41,867 nt of DNA from a virus. Taxonomy: Duplodnaviria; Caudoviricetes. Below are positions 35,450-41,867 of this stretch, piece by piece; positions within the stretch are counted from its first letter, which is position 1, and each line of letters begins with the position of its first letter. The position numbers and the translations under genes were made by a program. The notes below the pieces were generated by a model that saw only the letters and a list, made by a program, of their open reading frames with translations, ran no database searches and had not been told where the DNA came from. The DNA lies in IMG/VR virus record IMGVR_UViG_3300049170_000017, positions 1-41,867 of that record. The stretch is one strand, 5' to 3'.

Positions 35450-35854
35450 ATGGCACTCCCCTGGGTCCGGCTGGACTCCAACATCGCCAGCCACGACAAG
35501 ATGCTCGCACTCCTGGCCGACCCCAGCACCTCTCGCTGGCAGGCCGCAGCGTCCTACATGTTCGCCCTCGGCTGGTGCGGCGCCCACGGAACGGACGGCC
35601 GGGTGCCAACCCAGGCCCTACTTTTCATCCACGGCAGCCAGAAAACTGCCCGGCTACTCGTGAAATACCGGCTGTGGAAGGAGGTTCCGGGCGGGTTTGA
35701 GGTCGTCAACTACGCCTCAAGGCAGCAGACAAACGCCATTACTGAGGCCACGAAAGCAGCCCAGTCGGCAGGTGCTCGGAAGGCCAACTGCAAGAGGCAC
35801 CACGGGGATACCTGCTGGCGGGGCGACCGCTGCTCACGTTCGGAGGCGTCGTGA
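35450..35854 (+). CDS. Putative replication initiator (winged-helix)
   Basis: LPWVRLD..HDK, TDG, LW, NY..RQ pattern of actinophage replication proteins; followed by iterons. Confidence 0.7.
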   Translation: MALPWVRLDSNIASHDKMLALLADPSTSRWQAAASYMFALGWCGAHGTDGRVPTQALLFIHGSQKTARLLVKYRLWKEVPGGFEVVNYASRQQTNAITEATKAAQSAGARKANCKRHHGDTCWRGDRCSRSEAS

Positions 35855-35857
35855 TTT

Positions 35858-35937
35858 CTCAGTCCACCGAGTCAGTAGACCGACCCAATCGACTGAGCCA
35901 GTCGACCCGCTCCTACGGACGTACGGACGTACGGACT
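35858..35937 (+). repeat. Iteron-like repeats, putative replication origin
   Basis: Four 13-bp units (consensus NNCAGTCGACCGA) at 35858-35909, then TACGGACG x3 (last imperfect) at 35914-35937. Confidence 0.65.
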
Positions 35938-36033
35938 GACGTAGATGTCACTCACCCTGCGAGAACTAGTGCGCCTTACGTAACGCGCACGCGCGCATAC
36001 GGATTTTCAGCGATTGACGAGGAGTCGAGAAAC

Positions 36034-36300
36034 GTGACCATGCCGCAAGGCGTCTCCGCCGCAGACTGGGCGCGCATGTCCTGGCACCAACGCGCTCGCT
36101 ACACCAAGCGCGCAACCCCGACGCCGCAGCCGCCCATGCGGGCCACCCCCACCCCCCGGATGCCACCCACGCCACTACCGCCTGACGTCCGTGCAGCGAT
36201 GCGACGCACCATCGCCGCACTCCACCAAGAACTCCTCGAGCACGACCGCCACCTAGCCGCCCTGCGCCGCGAAAAAGCAGCGCTCAAGCGCGTCGCCTGA
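36034..36300 (+). CDS. Hypothetical protein with C-terminal coiled coil
   Basis: GAGGAG RBS before GTG 36034. Confidence 0.6.
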   Translation: MTMPQGVSAADWARMSWHQRARYTKRATPTPQPPMRATPTPRMPPTPLPPDVRAAMRRTIAALHQELLEHDRHLAALRREKAALKRVA

Positions 36301-36310
36301 AAGGACCACC

Positions 36311-36763
36311 ATGCCCAACAACGTCACCATCACCGGCCGACTCGGAGACGACGTCGAGCTCCGATTCACGCCGCAGGGGAAGGCCGTCGCGAACCTCCGC
36401 GTTGCCGACACCCCCCGCCGCCTCAACCAGCAGACGAACCAGTGGGAGGACGCCGGCGAGACGCTCTGGATCAACGTGTCCATCTGGGAGGCTAAGGCCG
36501 AAGCGATCGCCGCTGCCGCGCACAAAGGCGACCTCGTCACCGTCGTCGGCACGCTCGTCTCCCGGTCGTGGGACGCGCAGGACGGAACGAAGCGCACCGT
36601 CATCGAGGTCAAGGCATCCGAGATCGCCGTCGTGCCCAGGGCCAGTCGGCAGGGAGGCCAGCAGGCACAGCAGCGCCAGCAGCAGCCTGCACAGGGCGGC
36701 TGGAACCAGGACACGGGCGCAGGTGGCTGGGGTCAGCCCGCAACGCAGGAGCCGCCGTTCTGA
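36311..36763 (+). CDS. ssb: Single-stranded DNA-binding protein
   Basis: ITGRLGDDVELRFTPQGKAVANLRVA; C-terminal EPPF. Confidence 0.95.
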   Translation: MPNNVTITGRLGDDVELRFTPQGKAVANLRVADTPRRLNQQTNQWEDAGETLWINVSIWEAKAEAIAAAAHKGDLVTVVGTLVSRSWDAQDGTKRTVIEVKASEIAVVPRASRQGGQQAQQRQQQPAQGGWNQDTGAGGWGQPATQEPPF

Positions 36764-37026
36764 TGGGCATGTTCGACAGCCTCTACGACGACCAAGGCAA
36801 CGAGTGGCAGACCAAGGCGTATGGCTGCAACCTCTCCCGCTTCCAGATCGGGGACAAGGTTCCCGCGCTCCCTGTCGCCTATCAGGTGCGGGTGCTCGGT
36901 GGCCCCGGCGCAGGGCTCCAGTCCTCATGGGCCACCATCCGCGATGGTCGGGTGTCCGAGGTGCCTGCGAAGCGGGACAAGTCGCTGCCTGCCGTCGACT
37001 ACTTCGGCAACGTGGAGGAGCCGTGA
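36763..37026 (+). CDS. Hypothetical protein (MGMFD...QTK)
   Basis: TGATG coupling to ssb. Confidence 0.7.
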   Translation: MGMFDSLYDDQGNEWQTKAYGCNLSRFQIGDKVPALPVAYQVRVLGGPGAGLQSSWATIRDGRVSEVPAKRDKSLPAVDYFGNVEEP

Positions 37027-37415
37027 ACGTCACGATCGAGGGCACGCGGTGGGCAAATTTGAATGGAAGCCGCGGCAACCACCACGCCCACCAGGCGCTC
37101 ATGGACGCATGGAAGCACCGTGCCGTCCTGGCGATCCGCGCCCGACTGGTGGCGATGCGCGGGACACCCGGCCCGAAGATCTACACGCAGCCCGTCCAGA
37201 TCACCGCGACCGTTCGCCGCACCCGCAACGGCAAGGCCGACGCCCACAACGTCACGCCGTCGATCAAAGCCTGCATCGACGCCCTCGTGTCCACAGGCGT
37301 CATCGAGGACGACCACGACGGCATCGTGCGCCGCCTCGTCATCCAGGCCGGCCCCAAAGCGGCCGTGCCAACCATCGAGCTCCGCGTGGAGCCAGCCGAG
37401 GGAGTCCAGCCATGA
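37023..37415 (+). CDS. rusA: RusA-like Holliday junction resolvase
   Basis: DAHN..PSIKACIDAL..GVIEDD. Confidence 0.8.
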   Translation: MNVTIEGTRWANLNGSRGNHHAHQALMDAWKHRAVLAIRARLVAMRGTPGPKIYTQPVQITATVRRTRNGKADAHNVTPSIKACIDALVSTGVIEDDHDGIVRRLVIQAGPKAAVPTIELRVEPAEGVQP

Positions 37416-37864
37416 CCAACCTCTACTACACCCCCGAGGATGCTGAGCGTGCCGGGTTCGTGGCCCGCCATGACGTCGAGTACCGGGGTCGTGTGCGGTC
37501 CCAGGGTGAGGCGTTGGCGTCGCGTCAGTGGCAGTGCGCGTACGACGCTGATGCAGGACGGGACTGCACCTGCGACGCAGCGCCCGTGGAGATCGGCGGG
37601 GCGCAGCACCGAGTCGGATGTGGCGAGGACGACGGTCCCATCATCGGCGACCGCTACCCCGAGGACACCGACGACTATGTGCCGACACGATCCGCCACCG
37701 ACGGCATGTTCGTCGCCCCCGACGCCGACGGTCGCCCGACGATCTGGCACGAGCCGGAGCCCGGCCACCACGCGCCCACCGCCGTCCTGGCCCAGCCGCC
37801 GTCCACGGCGCCGATGCGTCTGCTGTGGGACCTGGCGACCGCGTTCCTGCCGGAGCGTGCGTGA
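37412..37864 (+). CDS. Hypothetical protein
   Basis: GGGAG RBS; ATGA overlap. Confidence 0.65.
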   Translation: MTNLYYTPEDAERAGFVARHDVEYRGRVRSQGEALASRQWQCAYDADAGRDCTCDAAPVEIGGAQHRVGCGEDDGPIIGDRYPEDTDDYVPTRSATDGMFVAPDADGRPTIWHEPEPGHHAPTAVLAQPPSTAPMRLLWDLATAFLPERA

Positions 37865-38331
37865 TGAGCGTGGAGTGGTCACAGGAGGCGCGAGAGGCCG
37901 CAGAGGATGCCACGCGGCGGGACGTGCATCGCCTGGCGCTCGGTCCATCCCCGGAGGATGGCACCGACGAGGATGGCTATGTCCTTCGCATCGCCGACCG
38001 CGTCCTCGCCGCCATGGCCCCGCACGTCGAGTCCGCTCTCGCTGAGGAGCAGGCGCGTGCCCTCGCCGCGAAGGTCGCCGCCGACGGGTACCGGCAACGC
38101 GCCGAACGTGCCGAGGCGGAGCGTGACCGGGCAGCCGCATGGTCGCGCACCGTCGTGGCGATCTTCCGCAGGCACCTGAGCCGCGTCCGCACCGAGCGCA
38201 ACGCACTGCGCGAACAGCTGGCCGCCGTCGAGGCGCTGGCGGAGGCGGGCGACTGGCCCATCGCCGTGTTCATGCTCCTCGCTGCCGTCTCGGCCATGCA
38301 CGACGACGGGAAGCGGAAGGACAAGCCATGA
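37864..38331 (+). CDS. Hypothetical coiled-coil protein
   Basis: TGATG overlap. Confidence 0.65.
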   Translation: MSVEWSQEAREAAEDATRRDVHRLALGPSPEDGTDEDGYVLRIADRVLAAMAPHVESALAEEQARALAAKVAADGYRQRAERAEAERDRAAAWSRTVVAIFRRHLSRVRTERNALREQLAAVEALAEAGDWPIAVFMLLAAVSAMHDDGKRKDKP

Positions 38332-38450
38332 GCGACCACCCCGACGGCCCTTGCCACGTCCGCGACTGCCACGACCCTCGGCACGGCCCCAGCATGGCCC
38401 GCGAACCACGAGACGTTCCCAACCCCGACGTGAGGTGCGAGATCCGATGA
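38328..38450 (+). CDS. Hypothetical protein, 40 aa
   Basis: AAGGA RBS; ATGA overlaps at both ends. Confidence 0.5.
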   Translation: MSDHPDGPCHVRDCHDPRHGPSMAREPRDVPNPDVRCEIR

Positions 38451-38725
38451 CACCCTGCCCCCACTGCAAGATGACGTTCCGCCACGGCGAGCGTTACGCC
38501 TGCTGCTCCGGCTGTGGTCGCGCGTTCGTCGGACAGTCCGCGTTCGACGCTCACCAGACCGTCACGGAGAACGGCCTTGTGTGCGCCGATCCCGCGTCAA
38601 GGGTCCGCCAGGACGGCTCCCCCATGTTCGAGGCCGCAGCGCAGAGACCCAAAGCTGAATCGGGGGTGTTCTGGACGCTCGCGCCACGACCAGGACAGCG
38701 CAACCCATGGGCGGAGGCATCGTGA
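38447..38725 (+). CDS. FDxH-type zinc-binding protein
   Basis: CPHC...CSGC..F....AFDAH. Confidence 0.75.
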   Translation: MTPCPHCKMTFRHGERYACCSGCGRAFVGQSAFDAHQTVTENGLVCADPASRVRQDGSPMFEAAAQRPKAESGVFWTLAPRPGQRNPWAEAS

Positions 38726-38898
38726 GCACCACCACGACCCTCTACCGACTGCGGGTCCGTGACGACGCAGACGGCTACTACCGCAACCAGCGCGGCAAGC
38801 GGATGGGCCGCCCGTTCGACACCCGCGACGAGGCCGAGGACGTGCGCCGGCACATGCCCAACGGTGCCGAGTTCGAGGTCGTGGAGGTGGAGGAATGA
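38722..38898 (+). CDS. Hypothetical protein
   Basis: GGAGG RBS; GTGA overlap. Confidence 0.65.
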   Translation: MSTTTTLYRLRVRDDADGYYRNQRGKRMGRPFDTRDEAEDVRRHMPNGAEFEVVEVEE

Positions 38899-39095
38899 GC
38901 GAGCGCACCGGATGGTTCGCAGACGTCTACAACGAATGCGCCAGTGACCCGACACCGCCGGAACTCGTTGGGAAGTGGCAGCCCGTGCTGCAGATCGGGG
39001 GCGCGTGCCTACCTCTCGACGTCTGGTTCGACAGCGCGGAGGCGTGCGAGGACTTCATCGCCACCGAGGTCATCGGACAGGGGATGTTGCCATGA
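38895..39095 (+). CDS. Hypothetical protein
   Basis: ATGA overlaps. Confidence 0.65.
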   Translation: MSERTGWFADVYNECASDPTPPELVGKWQPVLQIGGACLPLDVWFDSAEACEDFIATEVIGQGMLP

Positions 39096-39391
39096 GCGCC
39101 CGCCACTGGCTCGCCGGCCTCACCGAATGTCTCGCCCTCGTCGTCGACCACCTCGGCCAAGGACTGTCCGCCCTCGCCGAACACCTCGACCCCAGACCCG
39201 CATGGTGCGACCACACCCTGGCCGACGGGTCACGCCACCTCTACCCGTTGGCCGACGCCATCCCCCACGAACCCACCGACGGCTGCGCGTGCGGCCCCAC
39301 CGTGAAGCTCGACCACGACGAAGGCGACACATGGGTGTACCGCCACCACCCGCTGACACAGCCCGACGACCTACCACGGGAGACGACGTGA
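39092..39391 (+). CDS. Hypothetical His/Cys-containing protein (CACGP)
   Basis: ATGA overlap. Confidence 0.65.
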   Translation: MSARHWLAGLTECLALVVDHLGQGLSALAEHLDPRPAWCDHTLADGSRHLYPLADAIPHEPTDGCACGPTVKLDHDEGDTWVYRHHPLTQPDDLPRETT

Positions 39392-40026
39392 ACGACGACC
39401 TCGACATCTGCCCAGGGCGATGCAACCGCGCCTGGGAAGCCGCCGAACGCCGCGAACACGAAACCGGCGAACCACACCAACTCCACCCCGTCCCCGGCCA
39501 ACCCATCTGGTGCCACGACTGCCGCGACCAGATCCAAGAAGCCCTCGAAGAACTACCACGGGAGGTCGCGGCCGTCCCATCATCCGGGCGTCTCAACACC
39601 CCCGCCACCGAACTAGGCCGACTCTCCCGCGCTGACGTCCACGCCTCACCATCGCCCGCGTTCGACTTCCACGACGAGTACCGGGCATGGGTACGCACCA
39701 ACGTCCGAGCGACCGCGCAGCGGCTCGGCCACAACTCCACCGGGCAAGGTATCGGCTACCTCATCTCCAACCTCTCCAACATCCTGTCCCAGGACCCCGA
39801 AGGCATCGACTTCGGCATGGCCGCCTTCACCTGGCGGCGTCGCGTTACCAACGCAGCAGGCGGCCCCCCGCTCGTCCACCGCATCCCCGGCACCTGCCCC
39901 CACTGCGACCGTCGCGGTCTGCTCCGACGCTCAGACGGCGACGACATCGTCAAGTGCCATGCCTGCGGCTCCTGTTGGGACATCGACCACTGGCGTCACC
40001 TCGTCCGCGCGGTCCTCGCCTCATGA
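39388..40026 (+). CDS. Zn-ribbon protein of the late-regulator locus
   Basis: CPGRC, CHDC, CPHC, CHAC; precedes HTH gene. Confidence 0.7.
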   Translation: MNDDLDICPGRCNRAWEAAERREHETGEPHQLHPVPGQPIWCHDCRDQIQEALEELPREVAAVPSSGRLNTPATELGRLSRADVHASPSPAFDFHDEYRAWVRTNVRATAQRLGHNSTGQGIGYLISNLSNILSQDPEGIDFGMAAFTWRRRVTNAAGGPPLVHRIPGTCPHCDRRGLLRRSDGDDIVKCHACGSCWDIDHWRHLVRAVLAS

Positions 40027-40292
40027 GACACCTTGCCGAGCACGAGCTGGCCGCGGCCGACCCGATCGACCTCGTCACCATTCGCGAGGCCGCACGCCTC
40101 GTCGGGGTGCAGCCCGCCACTGTCCGCAAGTGGGTTCACGACGGCCGCCTGGGGTGCGTCGTCGTCCAGATGCGGCAGCACGTCCTCCTCCCCCATGCCG
40201 CCGAGGTCGAGCTGGAAACACGCCGCTCGACACGCGGAAGGCCGAGGGATGACAACGGTGTAACTCATGGGGTAGTATGTCGGCAGCAGTGA
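40023..40292 (+). CDS. MerR-like HTH protein, possible late-gene activator
   Basis: VTIREAARLVGVQPATVRKWVHDGRL. Confidence 0.8.
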   Translation: MRHLAEHELAAADPIDLVTIREAARLVGVQPATVRKWVHDGRLGCVVVQMRQHVLLPHAAEVELETRRSTRGRPRDDNGVTHGVVCRQQ

Positions 40293-40368
40293 CGACCCGT
40301 CCCCAAAAACAGATGTCCCCGCGAGGTTGCAGCCTCCGGGGACGTGGCCGGCGAACTAGGAGCCGACA
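40273..40368 (+). promoter_or_regulatory. -10 element and two-hairpin leader of the GIY-YIG gene
   Basis: TAGTAT at 40273-40278; hairpin 40315-40343; RBS-containing hairpin 40349-40365. Confidence 0.55.
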
Positions 40369-41076
40369 GTGACGAAGCGTAGCAGCCTGAGCGCAGAGAA
40401 GCGCCACAAGTTCTTCGCCCACAACGCGTGCATGTCGCATCTCGTGCTCTACGGCGGCAACCTATGTCCCGGCTACCGCGAGCACGGCATGAAGATCTGC
40501 ATCGACTGCGCGGTCGAGATAGCAAAGACGGTCCCCGACAGTCGGCGTCCCCAGCACAGCAGGGACAGCGACGTCCGCCTCGCCCGCAAGATGGAGAACA
40601 TCGAACGCGGGCGGGCCAACCGCCTGCAAGCGGAAGTCAATGCACTCCGCCAAGAGATCTCCATCCTCAACGACCTCACCCCTACCGAGCGCAAGCGACG
40701 CGCCAAGGGCACCACCACGGACGGCACCGTTTACGCGCTGCTGTCGGGGTACAACGTCAAGGTCGGGTGGACCGGACGCGACCTGCAAGACAGGCTCCGT
40801 GAGTACCCGCCCTCCACTCAGGTGCTCGTCCACTTCCCCGGCAAGCGAGGCGACGAGACGCGCATCAAGCGCAAGTTCGCCCACCTCCGCACTCACGGCG
40901 ACGAGTGGTTCCCCTACGCACCACAGGTCACCGAGTGGGTAGACCAGATGGTCCGCGAGCACGGAGCACCAGACCCAGCCGTCACCTGCGGCCCAGCGAA
41001 GTACGCGGTGCCGCGGCCGCACTCCACTGCGAAGCCACAGCCCAAGGGCAAGTTCGGGCCACGGCACGTCGCTTAA
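40369..41076 (+). CDS. GIY-YIG (T5orf172/MUG113-like) nuclease-domain protein
   Basis: GTVYAL..VKVGWT..LQDRL..E..F..LR..GDEWF. Confidence 0.8.
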   Translation: MTKRSSLSAEKRHKFFAHNACMSHLVLYGGNLCPGYREHGMKICIDCAVEIAKTVPDSRRPQHSRDSDVRLARKMENIERGRANRLQAEVNALRQEISILNDLTPTERKRRAKGTTTDGTVYALLSGYNVKVGWTGRDLQDRLREYPPSTQVLVHFPGKRGDETRIKRKFAHLRTHGDEWFPYAPQVTEWVDQMVREHGAPDPAVTCGPAKYAVPRPHSTAKPQPKGKFGPRHVA

Positions 41077-41179
41077 CAACTTCCCGCCGAGCGATCCACA
41101 CATCACGCAAGGACCTCGCACGTGAGGCCCACCTGACGCCCCAGGTTCGTGAGCGGGAGGCAACCACCGGGAGGCAAGC

Positions 41180-41359
41180 ATGGTCGACATCGTCGTCTGT
41201 GACGCCTCCTGCCCTGCTGCCGCGCTCGTCATCGTGCTCTGCCCCGAGGGCGTGCATGAGCTGACCCTCTGCGGCCACCACGCGGACCAGGCTGCACCCC
41301 GTCTCGCCCGTGAGGGGTGGCAGGTCATGGTCGACGAGAGGGTGCCGGCGGGGGCGTGA
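41180..41359 (+). CDS. Small Cys/His protein, 59 aa (CD..C...LCGHH)
   Basis: GGGAGG RBS; read from sequence. Confidence 0.7.
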   Translation: MVDIVVCDASCPAAALVIVLCPEGVHELTLCGHHADQAAPRLAREGWQVMVDERVPAGA

Positions 41360-41498
41360 GGCGCAACCCCTGGACGAACGTGGCACCCGAGCAACTGCCC
41401 GCGCACGTGTGCCCGACCTGCCTCATGGAGTGGCCCGTGGATGGAATGCCGCACGCGGGATGCCCACCGTGGCACGTACCGACCAGGAGGGGCAGGCT

Positions 41499-41822
41499 AT
41501 GGCGCGCAGGTGCCTCGACTGCCCCGCCCTCGGAGACTGGACCCGCGGACGCTGCCCCACCCACGACCGGGCACGGGACCGGGCACGTGGCACCCGGCAG
41601 GCACGAGGGTACGACGCCACCCACGACCGTCTCCGCGCTCGCTACCAAGAGCGCATGAACGCCGGCGAGCTGTTCACCTGCTGGCGGCCCGAGTGCGGCA
41701 AGCCCATCGACCCGACGCGTTGGCATCTCGGACACGACGACAACGACCGATCGAAGTATCGCGGCCCCGAGTGCGTCGCGTGCAACACCGCGACAGCTTC
41801 GCGGCGAACTTCGACTGCATAA
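41499..41822 (+). CDS. Terminal HNH endonuclease (terminase-associated type)
   Basis: RCPTH, RGY, CWRPEC, WHLGH, CVACN; last gene; AGGAGG RBS. Confidence 0.85.
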   Translation: MARRCLDCPALGDWTRGRCPTHDRARDRARGTRQARGYDATHDRLRARYQERMNAGELFTCWRPECGKPIDPTRWHLGHDDNDRSKYRGPECVACNTATASRRTSTA

Positions 41823-41834
41823 GTATGCAGTCGA
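41811..41834. repeat. Right-end palindrome TCGACTGCATA-AG-TATGCAGTCGA
   Basis: Perfect 11-bp inverted repeat; core shared with 38-55. Confidence 0.65.
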
Positions 41835-41867
41835 GGCCCAGGGGGTAACCCCAAACCGGAACAACGC

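Larger units (their letters stand above)
1..41867 (+). mobile_element. Temperate actinobacteriophage (siphovirus) genome, near complete, unintegrated form
   Basis: Canonical order from terS to terminal HNH; intact attP beside integrase; no host genes at either end. Confidence 0.95.

Noticed and set aside
35858-35937. Mini CRISPR array
   Set aside because: Units are 8-13 bp, contiguous and without spacers
35851-36033. N-terminal extension of the 36034 gene through the iterons
   Set aside because: Low-complexity translation of repeats and a better RBS at 36019; not fully excluded because of the GTGA overlap at 35851
41356-41658. ORF starting VRRNPWTN with CPTC
   Set aside because: Plausible start, but it overlaps the terminal HNH by about 160 nt; cannot support

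Overview
The window is an apparently near-complete, high-GC temperate siphovirus genome infecting an actinobacterium. Two WhiB genes and leaderless promoters point to Actinomycetota, and the lack of a lysin B suggests a host without mycolic acids. It is in virion order: terminase, portal, MuF-like protein, scaffold, capsid, head-tail proteins, major tail, frameshifted tail chaperones, tape measure and minor tail proteins (one with a polysaccharide deacetylase domain). Next come a lysis region (membrane protein, collagen-like membrane protein, amidase endolysin, holin) and an accessory block (DUF3307, HNH, papain-like protease, RNase H-fold exonuclease, a self-contained two-gene module). These are followed by an intact attP matching the 3' half of tRNA-Thr(UGU), a tyrosine integrase and a repressor/Cro switch. 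The early arm carries RecE/RecT, two WhiB, a DNA methyltransferase, a replication protein with iterons, SSB, RusA, GIY-YIG and a terminal HNH. The most unusual non-coding signals are: (1) three tandem pairs of C-GCAAG-G hairpins ahead of terS, scaffold and capsid; (2) a terminator hairpin after the major tail gene whose loop can form a pseudoknot; (3) a shared promoter plus two-hairpin leader ahead of two unrelated endonuclease genes; (4) an HNH insertion that left a duplicated N-terminus of the protease; (5) asymmetric immunity operators and 13-bp iterons. All product calls come from motif recognition and synteny by eye; no searches were run.
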